Source: an uncultured Candidatus Saccharibacteria bacterium
GTDB taxonomy: Bacteria; Patescibacteriota; Saccharimonadia; Saccharimonadales; CAIOMD01
DNA: 64,000 bases
Assembly: GCA_903859365.1 (NCBI GenBank)
Contig: CAIOMD010000011.1
Span: 17,467-81,466, forward strand
Reading direction: 5' to 3'
Shown: positions 37,578 to 47,606 of the stretch, piece after piece
Layout of the letters: each line of letters starts with the position of its first letter
How positions within the stretch are numbered: position 1 is the stretch's first letter
Translations under genes and position numbers: made by a program
Notes under the pieces: model-generated
Database searches by the model: none
The model's input: the letters and a program-made list of their open reading frames with translations, nothing else
What the model was told of the DNA's origin: nothing

Positions 37578-37894
37578 ATTTTGAAGTAATAGATAAAACG
37601 TTAATGAGCTATGAGAATGTTAGCAAGTCATTTCCGTATGGCGAAAATATTTCTGTATATAAAGCTGGCGATATGCTCTTTGCGCTAGTGCAAAATACAA
37701 CCGATCCACTTCGTATAAGTCTGCGCTGTGATGAACAACTCGCTGCATTACTGAGGGAGAAATATGAAACGGTCTTGCCTGGTCAAAAATTAAACCAAAA
37801 AAAATGGAATACTATTATCTTAAGTGGTCAGCTCAGTGTTGACGAAATTTTTGATCTTATCCGCCATAGCTATAATCTTGCAACTAATTCGTAG
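37574..37894 (+). CDS. MmcQ/YjbR family protein
   Basis: FPYG, VYK, LFAL, SLRCD, LREKY, PG..LN.KKWNT and LIRHSY. Confidence 0.88.
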   Translation: MNFEVIDKTLMSYENVSKSFPYGENISVYKAGDMLFALVQNTTDPLRISLRCDEQLAALLREKYETVLPGQKLNQKKWNTIILSGQLSVDEIFDLIRHSYNLATNS

Positions 37895-38483
37895 GAATAT
37901 TTTGTACTAGTGACTTTGTGTCTTCGTAGAATGATTGTAGCTGTTTTTTTGTGGCAGTACTTTTTGTTGCAGTGTATGTGGTCTGAATAGTGGCGGCATA
38001 GTCGCCAAGGCGAGCAATCATGAGTGCATCATAGGTGCTATCGTAGGTACCGCCATTAAATGCTTGTTGTAGCTGATCGATATATTTAGTATTTGAATAA
38101 GGAGCAATAAGTTTGGCGGGTTTCTTTTGACCCAGTTTTGAGAGGATCGAATTAGTCTGAGTACTTTCACTTGTTAGCACTGCCCTCACTGTTGCCGCAT
38201 TATTTAGTGTCGTAGTATTTTGAGAGTTTTTTGTAGCATCAGTTGTAATGTCTATCATGTCATTTTGTTTTGCCGCTAATTTATAGAAATCTACTAAAAC
38301 TGAACCATTTGAACCTGAGATAATTGATGTAACGATAAAGAAAATAATTAGCAAGGCAATCCCTCCCGCAACTACTACAAGCAGTCTTGTGGTTTGCGAT
38401 CCACTCGAAGGAGCACGCCGAGCCTTATTCTTTTCAGGATTCAAGATAAAATCGTAATTATTGGAAGGCTGTTCATTATTCAT
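37884..38483 (-). CDS. Single-TM membrane protein with extracellular helical domain, function unknown
   Basis: N-terminal NYDFILNP, one TM helix and a helical C-domain. Confidence 0.7.
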   Translation of the reverse strand: MNNEQPSNNYDFILNPEKNKARRAPSSGSQTTRLLVVVAGGIALLIIFFIVTSIISGSNGSVLVDFYKLAAKQNDMIDITTDATKNSQNTTTLNNAATVRAVLTSESTQTNSILSKLGQKKPAKLIAPYSNTKYIDQLQQAFNGGTYDSTYDALMIARLGDYAATIQTTYTATKSTATKKQLQSFYEDTKSLVQNIPTN

Positions 38484-38572
38484 AATATAGTACTAATAGC
38501 ATAACCAATTTTATTCTGAGGTGCTAGTGCTTGTGCTTGTTTCCCCTATGTACGTGTACAATTACAACTAGT

Positions 38573-40318
38573 ATGGACGCAGTTGAAGATATAAAAAATA
38601 GACTATCAGTTGAAGATGTAATCGGCGATTACATGGAACTGAAAAGGGCAGGAAGGAATTTCCGAGGCCTATCTCCTTTTAATAGTGAAAAAAGCCCTAG
38701 TTTTATGGTGAGTCCAGAAAAACAAATATGGCATGATTTCAGCAGCGGTAAGGGCGGCAATATGTTCAGTTTTGTTATGGAAATGGAAGGAGTAGACTTC
38801 AGAGGTTCTCTTGAGATTCTCGCTAAAAAAGCCGGCATAGACCTTGGGGTTTACCAAAAAAATGATGGAAAGTACAGGCAACAGAAAGAAAAATTACTAG
38901 AAGCTGTTGAGCTTGCAACAAAATATTATGAGCAGTCACTTTTAAAAAATCAGCTTGCACTCGACTATGTACTTAAGCAGCGAAACTTTAATAAAGAAAC
39001 ACTACAGAATTTTCGACTTGGTTATGCGCCGTATTCAGGGTCAGCACTTGTAGATTTTTTAAAAAAGAGAGGTATAGCTGAAGATATCATTTTGAAGGCA
39101 GGTCTCGGATCTCGGCAGTATCGAGGGGTGGCCGATATGTTTAGAGGGAGAGTTACGGTTTCCCTGGCTGATCCGCAAGGTGCACCCATAGGATTTACGG
39201 CTCGAATACTCAGTAACGATATCGATGCGCCAAAGTATATAAATACTCCACAAACTGCACTGTACGATAAAAGTCGCCATGTATTCGGCCTCCATCTCGC
39301 TAAAGATGCTATTCGTCGATCTGGTTTTGTGGTTATTGTTGAAGGAAATCTTGACGTCATCGCTTCTCATCAAGCTGGAATAAAAAATGTTGTTGCTACC
39401 GCTGGCACCGCCATCACTCAGTATCACTTGAAAGCACTGCATCGTTTTACTTCAGATATTCGTCTTTGCTTTGACCAGGATAATGCCGGCATAAACGCGG
39501 CAGAGCGGGCCATTTCTGTAGCGCAGGGCGCAAAGGTGCAGCTGTCCATTATTTCTATAAAGCACTCAAAAGATCCCGATGAGCTTATTCAAAAAGACCC
39601 CAAACTATGGGTTGAGGCTATTGAAAAGCCACAATATGCACTCGATTGGTTGATAGATCGATATAGTTCACTCTTTGATATCTCATCAGCCAGAGGCAAG
39701 AAAGACTTTACTGACAAACTCATGGAAACGATGACGTATTTAGAGGATGAGGTTGAGCGAGATCATTATTTAATGAAACTTGCCGAATTACTAGCTATAG
39801 GAGAGCAGGCTATCCGAACAAAGCTCGATGTTTTCAGTGAATTGAAAAAAGAAAAACAACCCAAAAAGATAATCGCCAGTCCTGAACAAAATATAGTTGA
39901 CCCCTACATGTATCAAGATCAAATACTTTGTCTTCTTGTAGCATTTCCAATAACGAGGCGATTGCTTGAGACAGAAACAACACCACTTAACTTTAATAGT
40001 CCACATCGACAAAGAATCTACGACTATATTCAATCCAATCCACATAGCTCTTTAAATGAAAATACTCCTAAGGAGTTGCAAGATGATGAGGACTATGTCA
40101 AAATATTATTATTCAAAGCTGAAGAGCTCTATAACAGATTCGACTCTAACGAGCGACTGAGAGAGCTAAGAGATTTAATCCACAAACTAACAAAAAAATA
40201 TCAAAAAGATCAAAAAACACAGCTCACCGAAGAAATTCGAAATGCCGAACTAGTAGGTGATGAAGTTTTGGTGGCAAAACTACTCAATAAATTCAACGAA
40301 TTATTAAAAAAAGAATAG
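38573..40318 (+). CDS. dnaG: DNA primase
   Basis: KYINTPQT, VEGNLDVI, VATAGTA, CFDQDNAG, KDPDE (Toprim). Start moved to ATG 38573 (MDAVEDIK). Confidence 0.96.
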   Translation: MDAVEDIKNRLSVEDVIGDYMELKRAGRNFRGLSPFNSEKSPSFMVSPEKQIWHDFSSGKGGNMFSFVMEMEGVDFRGSLEILAKKAGIDLGVYQKNDGKYRQQKEKLLEAVELATKYYEQSLLKNQLALDYVLKQRNFNKETLQNFRLGYAPYSGSALVDFLKKRGIAEDIILKAGLGSRQYRGVADMFRGRVTVSLADPQGAPIGFTARILSNDIDAPKYINTPQTALYDKSRHVFGLHLAKDAIRRSGFVVIVEGNLDVIASHQAGIKNVVATAGTAITQYHLKALHRFTSDIRLCFDQDNAGINAAERAISVAQGAKVQLSIISIKHSKDPDELIQKDPKLWVEAIEKPQYALDWLIDRYSSLFDISSARGKKDFTDKLMETMTYLEDEVERDHYLMKLAELLAIGEQAIRTKLDVFSELKKEKQPKKIIASPEQNIVDPYMYQDQILCLLVAFPITRRLLETETTPLNFNSPHRQRIYDYIQSNPHSSLNENTPKELQDDEDYVKILLFKAEELYNRFDSNERLRELRDLIHKLTKKYQKDQKTQLTEEIRNAELVGDEVLVAKLLNKFNELLKKE

Positions 40319-40327
40319 GAGCTCTCA

Positions 40328-41437
40328 ATGGCTGATGACGCACAGATGAAAGTTTTAAAAGAAGCTAAAAATCTATTACTCGAAAAAGCAAAAAAAGAAG
40401 GTAAGATTGAGCAGAAAGAAATTTTTGCTTCAATTCCTGACGTACCCGAAAATCTAGATTTACTTGATGCATTGTATACAGAACTATCCGAAGGTGCTAT
40501 AGAATTAATCCCTCTTGATGAACCTATTGCAGAATTTGAAGCAGAGTGGGTAGCTGAAGAGGAAGAGGAAGAGGTCGTTGTAGACCAGGCGGCATTCTTG
40601 GATGATGTTTCTGATGACTCAGTTCGTCTATATCTAAGAGAAATTGGTAAAATCCCGCTTCTTACATCTGAGCAAGAGCTTAAACTTGCCCATGAAGTAG
40701 TTGCCGGAGACAAAAGAGCTAAAGATAAGATGGCAGAAGCGAACATGCGTTTGGTTGTTTCGATTGCTAAAAGGTATGTTGGAAGGGGCCTTGATTTGCT
40801 CGATCTTATTCAAGAGGGAAATACAGGACTCTTACGTGCGGTAGAAAAATTTGATCCAGACAAAGGCTTTAAGTTTAGTACCTATGCGACCTGGTGGATT
40901 AGACAGGCTATTACTCGAGCTATTGCCGATCAAGCTCGAACTATTCGTATTCCAGTTCACATGGTTGAGACCATTAACAAATTACTGCGAACACAGCGAA
41001 GACTTACTCAGGAACTTAATCGTGAGCCAACCAATGAAGAAATCGCCAAAGAGATGGATATAGAAGTTGAAAAAGTTGAGCATATTATGAAGATCAAACA
41101 AGATATTCATAGTCTTGATCAAAGTGTGAGAGATGATGAAGAAGACTCGGTATTAGGGGATTTCGTGGAAGACGAAGATACAATAACACCTGAAGAATCT
41201 GCAGCGAACCAACTGCTTAAAGAACAAGTCAAAGATTTGCTTGGTAGTCTGAGTGAGAGAGAACAAAAAATTGTTCGTTTGCGATTTGGACTTGAAGACG
41301 GCAAAAGTCACACACTTGAAGAAGTTGGCCAAGAATTTAGTGTCACACGAGAGCGAATTCGACAAATAGAAGCCAAAGCACTCGCTAAGCTTAGAAAACA
41401 TAAAGACAGTAAGAAATTACTCGACTATATTCGTTAA
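40328..41437 (+). CDS. rpoD: Primary sigma factor
   Basis: [50 protein letters not shown]. Confidence 0.98.
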   Translation: MADDAQMKVLKEAKNLLLEKAKKEGKIEQKEIFASIPDVPENLDLLDALYTELSEGAIELIPLDEPIAEFEAEWVAEEEEEEVVVDQAAFLDDVSDDSVRLYLREIGKIPLLTSEQELKLAHEVVAGDKRAKDKMAEANMRLVVSIAKRYVGRGLDLLDLIQEGNTGLLRAVEKFDPDKGFKFSTYATWWIRQAITRAIADQARTIRIPVHMVETINKLLRTQRRLTQELNREPTNEEIAKEMDIEVEKVEHIMKIKQDIHSLDQSVRDDEEDSVLGDFVEDEDTITPEESAANQLLKEQVKDLLGSLSEREQKIVRLRFGLEDGKSHTLEEVGQEFSVTRERIRQIEAKALAKLRKHKDSKKLLDYIR

Positions 41438-41440
41438 TCT

Positions 41441-41989
41441 ATGATTATAGGTATTTCAGGGACTTTCAGTAGCGGAAAAGATACGCTTGCAGCGCATCTT
41501 TCCGCAGTCCATTTAGTGCCTATTGTTAATACTGGTGACATAGTCAGACGTGAAGCGCTAGTTCGGTTTAACTCTGTCGAGCGACCCGTTTTACATAAAG
41601 TTGCCACTGAACTTCGAAAGAAATATGGCGGTGGCGTACTTGTTGAGCGCGCACTGCTTGAGCAAAATGACGCTGGAGTTATTATTACCGGTATTCGTTC
41701 AATGGGTGAGGCAAAAAAAGTGATCGAACAATCTGGTATTATGATTTTCATTGATGCGCCAATTGAGACACGGTACGAAAGAATGAAGCTCCGCAATAGG
41801 GATCAGGAAACCACGATATCATTGCAGGAATTTATAGCTCGGGAAGACACAGAACGAACTTCAGGAGATGGTGATGAAGATTTCAATATTGATGCAATAG
41901 AAAAAATTGCACAAATAAAACTTATTAATCTTGAAGACCAAGTGGCACTCTTTGGCGAAGCTGATAAAGCGCTCAAAGAATTTATCTAA
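41441..41989 (+). CDS. P-loop nucleotide/dephospho-CoA kinase-like protein
   Basis: IIGISGTFSSGKDT, TGDIVR, ITGIRS, IDAPIETRYER. Confidence 0.75.
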   Translation: MIIGISGTFSSGKDTLAAHLSAVHLVPIVNTGDIVRREALVRFNSVERPVLHKVATELRKKYGGGVLVERALLEQNDAGVIITGIRSMGEAKKVIEQSGIMIFIDAPIETRYERMKLRNRDQETTISLQEFIAREDTERTSGDGDEDFNIDAIEKIAQIKLINLEDQVALFGEADKALKEFI

Positions 41990-42008
41990 AATAACATTTT
42001 AATACTAC

Positions 42009-42038
42009 TTGACAAAGCCTTTATGCTTTGTCTATGCT
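42009..42038 (+). promoter_or_regulatory. Sigma70 promoter with overlapping 8-6-8 inverted repeat (candidate operator)
   Basis: TTGACA-N18-TATGCT containing GACAAAGC-ctttat-GCTTTGTC (42011-42032). Confidence 0.6.
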
Positions 42039-42105
42039 GTAGGTAGTAGAAGCGACGGTGGTTGCTAGAAAAAATTAAAATTTATTTTAAAACAAAAGGG
42101 AAAAA

Positions 42106-43296
42106 ATGGACATCAATTTTGGGCGTCCTGCGTATCAAGCTGTTGATGCGCAACTTTTAGCAGTTCAGGAAATTGCTACGCCGCACATGCAAACGAATGA
42201 AATAAAGGTATCAGCTACTACTTCAGTAGTGAACCTTATTCCAAAAAGGATTCCAACGCCCATTGACTTCGAACTTAATGCGCGAATGTATCGAAGAAAA
42301 CTGTTAGCTGAACGGTGGGCAAAACGGCTCAGTATTGTGATGTATGGATTACTTGCATTGGCAGTTTTGCTTGCTGTTATCGGATTTTGGGTAGATCATA
42401 TTTATCGGGGGAGGGCGTTACCCTATAGTTATGTTGGGTCTATCGCTATTGGCGGGTTAAGTGAGTCACAAATTGTGACCGCATTGCACCAACAGGAATC
42501 TCAAATGACTATCAGTTTCACTGATGGGGGGCTGACAACTACCGTTCCCGTCAGTAAGCTTGGAATTGACTACAATATCCAGCAGTTAGCTGATCAAATC
42601 ACCCATCACTCGTTTAATCCTTTTTTCTATCTTTCTGTTCATCATTTCACGGCAAGCCCAAACTTTACAAATGATGGGCTTGCTCAATTTTTGAATAAAT
42701 ACGTCAATAATACTAAGACTGCTCCAGAAGATGCTGTCATTATCAAGACAAAAACAGGGCTTGCTATTAAACCTGAGCTTCAGGGCTTTCAGGCAAACGC
42801 AGACTATCTCTCAAAAAATATTCTCACACAATCAGCAGATTTATCGAGTCCTACCATTAATGTGAATGTTGTAAGTACTAATCCAAAGATTTATAGTTCA
42901 GACTTGGCCGATCTATTGAGTGAAGGAAACGCACTTTTAAAAAATCCTATAACAATTAAATACGGAAATACTATTTTAACACCTTCACTACAAGATAAAT
43001 TAGCCTGGATGCAAATTACTCAAGTACCCGGTACAACGACTGATTCACTTACCTTTACTCCAGCCTTAGTTCGAGCGTACGTACTCACTCAGGCAAATAG
43101 ATTCCAGCAGCATATTACCTCAACGAGTGCACAATTGCCCGGTCAAACAGTATCGACCTATAAAGGAATGGTGATTAATAATATTGATGATGTAACTAAT
43201 CATATCGTTCAAGCAATGAACAATAGCACGCCCGCGAACGAAACCTTCACAACTTCAGAACAGACATATAATACGCTCACTACGGCCGTACACTAA
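42106..43296 (+). CDS. Membrane-anchored protein with YoaR/VanW-type peptidoglycan-binding repeats, no catalytic domain seen
   Basis: TM followed by GRALPYSYVGSIAIGGLS, LGIDYN and PEDAVI...PELQG. Confidence 0.65.
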   Translation: MDINFGRPAYQAVDAQLLAVQEIATPHMQTNEIKVSATTSVVNLIPKRIPTPIDFELNARMYRRKLLAERWAKRLSIVMYGLLALAVLLAVIGFWVDHIYRGRALPYSYVGSIAIGGLSESQIVTALHQQESQMTISFTDGGLTTTVPVSKLGIDYNIQQLADQITHHSFNPFFYLSVHHFTASPNFTNDGLAQFLNKYVNNTKTAPEDAVIIKTKTGLAIKPELQGFQANADYLSKNILTQSADLSSPTINVNVVSTNPKIYSSDLADLLSEGNALLKNPITIKYGNTILTPSLQDKLAWMQITQVPGTTTDSLTFTPALVRAYVLTQANRFQQHITSTSAQLPGQTVSTYKGMVINNIDDVTNHIVQAMNNSTPANETFTTSEQTYNTLTTAVH

Positions 43297-43359
43297 CTCT
43301 AGGGGACAATTCCAAGCTGTTGTCGTATACTTAAAAGTGTACAATAGCGAGGTTTTCAA

Positions 43360-45990
43360 ATAGCAGACAACAAACCGAGTAAAAGATTAGTCCTCATAGA
43401 CGGTAAAAGTATCTTTTATCGAGGCTACTATGCTATGCCAAATCTTAGCACGCAAGATGGTACTCCCACTGGTGGTGTATATGGTTTCGCGACACTCAGT
43501 CTTGAGGTTATCAAGCGACTAAAGCCAGATTATGTTGCCGTCGCTTGGGATAAACCGAAAACAAATATTAGAAAACGACTTGCGCTCTATCCAGAATACA
43601 AAGCAGGACGAAAACCGGCCCCGGCAGATTTTTATGCTCAGATTCCAATACTTCATGAACTTTTAGATTCACTCGGGTGGCCACTTTACGAGCTGGATGA
43701 TTATGAGGCTGATGATATTATTGCTGGTCTTGCGAAGAAGGCTGATGCAGAAGGAGATATTGAAACATTCATTATTACTAGTGATATGGATGCCTTGCAG
43801 TGCTTGAGCAATCATACGAAAGCGTATCTCCTAAAAAAAGGCCTAAGCAATATTGAAGAATTTCATCCTGAAAGTTTTGAGAAAAAATATGGGCTTAAGA
43901 CGGAACAGTTCTTAGATTTAAAAGCACTACAAGGAGATACAAGTGATAATATCCCAGGTGTCCCTGGGATTGGTATTAAAACAGCTACCGAACTCCTTCA
44001 ACGGTATCAAACCCTAGACGGAATCTACGAAAATGTCGAACTGATCAGCGGCGCAACGCATGACAAGCTCGTACGGGGTAAAGAGTCGGCTTATTTGAGT
44101 AAGCAGGTAGCAACTCTTTTTATTGACGCTCCGATTGAGCTTGATTTACAAAAGATGGATGTCCATAATTTTGATTTACAGCGATTAAGAGAAAATTTAA
44201 AAAAACTTGAATTCAGGGCAATACTGCGGCAACTCGATACTATTGAAGTGCCGGCATCTATCGATGAGCCCGCAATTGATTCTAATGAACAACTACTCGA
44301 AAGAAAAACAATGAATACACTAACGATGGTTGCACCAAGTAGTGAATTTTTTGAAGAAGCTCAAGAGGTGTACGTGTATGCGCGCAGTAGTCTTAAGCAA
44401 GGAAGGGATCCACTTTTTGTGGTTGCTGGTACTCAAAAAGGCGTTACAATTTTGACTAAAGAACACCATGCGCTCATTAAAATTCTTAGCCAGAAGCCAT
44501 TAATCGGCTACGATCTCAAGAAATCACTAAAGACACTTATGGATCTTGGCGGGAAAGACTTCGTTGTCGGACATGATGTTCAAGTAGCTGCATTTTTACT
44601 CAATTCACTTGATAGAGCACTGAGCCTGCAAGAAATCGCTGAACATGAACACATTGTAATTGAGGATGTAACAGACGTTCCTAACGAAGATATAGGTGAA
44701 TACGCTGTACAGTACATCTCGGGGCTTATTGAAATGACAAAAAAACAGCGACAAGCTATAGAAAAACTCCCCAAACTTGCAAAACTTGCTGAAGAAATTG
44801 AATGGCCTATCATACCAATTCTTGCGAAGATGGAGAAAAAGGGAATCTTACTCGACAGCGCTTATTTAGAAAAAATGTCCGTAGTTTTAGAGGACAAAAT
44901 AAGTGATCTTGAACAAACAATTTATGGATTCGCAGAAGAAGAATTTAATATTTCAAGTCCGCAACAGTTGGCAAAGATTTTGTTTGAAACAATGAAACTG
45001 CCAAGTAAAGGAATTAAAAAGGGAAAAACCGGTTTTAGCACAGCGGCTAATGAACTGGAAAAATTGCGCCTCCTGCACCCCATCATTGATTGTATTAGCG
45101 CTTACCGAGAATATACGAAATTAAAAAGTACTTACGTTGACGCCTTGCCCAACCAAGCTGACGAAGAAAACAGGGTGCACACTTCATTCAACCTTACTGT
45201 GGCGCAAACTGGAAGATTAAGTAGTACAGACCCAAATTTGCAAAATATTCCGGTTCGGAGTGAGCTTGGCAAAACTATTCGAACAGCTTTTGTTGCAGAT
45301 GAGGGTTGTGTGTTTGTAAGCGCTGATTATAGTCAATTTGAGCTACGTCTGGCGGCCGTATTGGCTAAAGATAGCGATATGATTGAGGTTTTTAATAATG
45401 GTGAAGATATTCATGTCAGAACCGCTTCTGAGATATATGGTATCGCACTCGAAGATGTAACGAATGAGCAAAGAAGTGCTGCAAAAACAATCAATTTCGG
45501 GATCCTTTATGGAATGAGCCCACATGGATTAGCTGCTGCTACTGGAATGTCATATGAAGAAGCTAAAGATTTCATTGATCGATATTTTTCTACGCGAAAA
45601 CCACTAGTAGACTACATAGAATCGCTGCGTGAAAAAGCAAAAGTTAAGGGGTATGTAGAAACACTCTATGGTCGTATTCGCCCAACCCCAGATGTGAACG
45701 CTCAGAATTATATTGTTCGAGAAGCGGCGCTGAGACAAGCTGTGAATATGCCTATACAAGGAACTGAAGCGGATATCATGAAGCTTGCAATGAAAAAAGT
45801 TGAAACACTTTTGCCTAACGACTGTTATCAGTTACTTCAAATTCATGACAGCATTTTGGTTGAATGCCCAATTGATAAAAAAGAAGCAGTTGAAGCTATT
45901 TTGAAAGATGCGATGGAACAAATCGCACCAAATCTAGGGATTAAGCTACTTGTTGATGTGCATTCGGGAAATAATTGGGGAGAGCTGTAA
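43360..45990 (+). CDS. polA: DNA polymerase I (probable ATA start at 43360)
   Basis: The conserved LVLIDGKS..YRGYYA lies in frame upstream of ATG 43435. Other motifs: EADD, GDTSDNIPGVPGIG, TGRLSSTDPNLQN, ADYSQFELR, KTINFGILYG, QIHD. Confidence 0.95.
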   Translation: MADNKPSKRLVLIDGKSIFYRGYYAMPNLSTQDGTPTGGVYGFATLSLEVIKRLKPDYVAVAWDKPKTNIRKRLALYPEYKAGRKPAPADFYAQIPILHELLDSLGWPLYELDDYEADDIIAGLAKKADAEGDIETFIITSDMDALQCLSNHTKAYLLKKGLSNIEEFHPESFEKKYGLKTEQFLDLKALQGDTSDNIPGVPGIGIKTATELLQRYQTLDGIYENVELISGATHDKLVRGKESAYLSKQVATLFIDAPIELDLQKMDVHNFDLQRLRENLKKLEFRAILRQLDTIEVPASIDEPAIDSNEQLLERKTMNTLTMVAPSSEFFEEAQEVYVYARSSLKQGRDPLFVVAGTQKGVTILTKEHHALIKILSQKPLIGYDLKKSLKTLMDLGGKDFVVGHDVQVAAFLLNSLDRALSLQEIAEHEHIVIEDVTDVPNEDIGEYAVQYISGLIEMTKKQRQAIEKLPKLAKLAEEIEWPIIPILAKMEKKGILLDSAYLEKMSVVLEDKISDLEQTIYGFAEEEFNISSPQQLAKILFETMKLPSKGIKKGKTGFSTAANELEKLRLLHPIIDCISAYREYTKLKSTYVDALPNQADEENRVHTSFNLTVAQTGRLSSTDPNLQNIPVRSELGKTIRTAFVADEGCVFVSADYSQFELRLAAVLAKDSDMIEVFNNGEDIHVRTASEIYGIALEDVTNEQRSAAKTINFGILYGMSPHGLAAATGMSYEEAKDFIDRYFSTRKPLVDYIESLREKAKVKGYVETLYGRIRPTPDVNAQNYIVREAALRQAVNMPIQGTEADIMKLAMKKVETLLPNDCYQLLQIHDSILVECPIDKKEAVEAILKDAMEQIAPNLGIKLLVDVHSGNNWGEL

Positions 45991-46433
45991 TTAAGATTAA
46001 AATAAAAAAATTTAATAAGAATGCGCTCATTCCTAATTTTCAAACGAAGGGGAGTAGTGGCGCCGATCTACACGCAGCTATCTTACATCCTATTGAAATT
46101 AAGCCAATGCAGCGAGCGCTTATTCCTACCGGGATAGGACTGGAGATTCCCGAAGGCTATGAGATTCAGGTTCGAGCACGCAGTGGACTTGCGATGAAAA
46201 AAGGGCTGTCTCTAGTAAATGGAATTGGTACGATTGATGCCGATTACCGAGGTGAAATAAGTGTAATTGTGATCAATCTTGGCAACGAAACTATAACCAT
46301 AGAGCCCGACGAGCGAATTGCGCAAATAGTTTGCATAAAAACTGAGCAACTTGAATTTATTGAAGCTAGTGAATTAACTAATTCTGCCAGAGGAACACAA
46401 GGGTTTGGTAGTACTGGCACTAAGCGCGACTAA
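45975..46433 (+). CDS. dut: dUTPase (start uncertain)
   Basis: SSGADL, IPTG, RARSGLA, GTIDADYRGE, RIAQ, RGTQGFGSTG. Confidence 0.95.
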   Translation: MGRAVIKIKIKKFNKNALIPNFQTKGSSGADLHAAILHPIEIKPMQRALIPTGIGLEIPEGYEIQVRARSGLAMKKGLSLVNGIGTIDADYRGEISVIVINLGNETITIEPDERIAQIVCIKTEQLEFIEASELTNSARGTQGFGSTGTKRD

Positions 46434-46669
46434 TAACCGATACGTATTACTAATTTTTGCGTTAAACCGCAGCGCGTTTGAATTTCTGTAATACGCATTC
46501 GAAGCTCTGAAGCAATAATGCCATTCGGTACTTTAAGCCAGATACAGTCGTTTTTAATACTTATTTCAGGTAAAAAATTAAAAAGGTTTTGGCAATATTC
46601 TCGAAGTGCAGCAATTTCAGTTGGCTCATCGAGATTCTTACTGGCTAGTAAATCTTTCAGGCTATCCAT
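46430..46669 (-). CDS. Small DciA/DUF721-like protein, tentative
   Basis: IKNDCIWLKVPNGIIASELRMR resembles the DciA KH-like core. Start taken at ATG 46669. Confidence 0.5.
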   Translation of the reverse strand: MDSLKDLLASKNLDEPTEIAALREYCQNLFNFLPEISIKNDCIWLKVPNGIIASELRMRITEIQTRCGLTQKLVIRIGY

Positions 46670-46721
46670 GCACTTACAGTAATTCTTTTCTCGCAAGGAG
46701 TAAAGGGGTTACAATAGTACA

Positions 46722-47606
46722 ATGCCAGAATTACCTGAAGTGGAAACAGTTCGAGCCGGACTCAGTAGATTGATTATAGGAAAAAATATAATCAGTGTAG
46801 ACTTTGATACTCCAAAAAGTTTTCCAAATACTCAAACTGACATAGATGCATTTCTTTTGAATACACATTTTATTTCCGCCAGAAGACGAGGCAAGGTATT
46901 AATGCTTGATTTGTCATCAGGCTATAGTTTAATGATTCATCTCAAGATGACCGGTCAACTTGTCTATAGAGGAGAAGAATCATTTGGAGCAGGGCATCCA
47001 AATGATAGTTTGATTGGTGAACTTCCTGATAAATCCACGCGAGTAACATTAAAATTTGCTCAAGGCGGCGTACTTTTTTTTAACGATCAAAGAAAATTTG
47101 GCTGGGCTCGACTACTGCCTACGGCCATTATTTCTAAAGAGCCGTTCATGATGAAACTGGGGCCTGAGCCTCTTGAAGATAGTTTCACATATGATCGATT
47201 CATATCACAATTAAAAAGGCGCCAAAATACTACTATCAAAGCTGCACTACTCGACCAAACAGTTTTAGCTGGAATAGGTAATATTTATGCTGACGAAAGT
47301 CTGTTTGCTGCAAAAATTCATCCCCAAAGTATCGTTAAGTGTGTACCTCAGGCTAAATTGCGCCTCCTGCATAGCGCTATAAAAGAGATACTTCTTTTTA
47401 GTATTGAAAAAGGTGGATCAACTGATCGCAATTATGTGAATGCTGAAGGTAAAAGGGGGAGCTATATAGATTTTGCAAAAGTTTTCAGAAAAGAAAATAT
47501 GCCTTGTCCGGTTTGCCAGCATGAGATAATAAAATTACGAGTTGCAGGGAGGGGTACGCATGTTTGTAAGTATTGCCAAAAACTCTATAAGGAAAAAATA
47601 AAATGA
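46722..47606 (+). CDS. mutM: Formamidopyrimidine-DNA glycosylase
   Basis: MPELPEVETV, RRGK, HLKMTG, DQRKFG, GIGNIYADE and a C-terminal CxxC...CxxC zinc finger. Confidence 0.97.
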   Translation: MPELPEVETVRAGLSRLIIGKNIISVDFDTPKSFPNTQTDIDAFLLNTHFISARRRGKVLMLDLSSGYSLMIHLKMTGQLVYRGEESFGAGHPNDSLIGELPDKSTRVTLKFAQGGVLFFNDQRKFGWARLLPTAIISKEPFMMKLGPEPLEDSFTYDRFISQLKRRQNTTIKAALLDQTVLAGIGNIYADESLFAAKIHPQSIVKCVPQAKLRLLHSAIKEILLFSIEKGGSTDRNYVNAEGKRGSYIDFAKVFRKENMPCPVCQHEIIKLRVAGRGTHVCKYCQKLYKEKIK

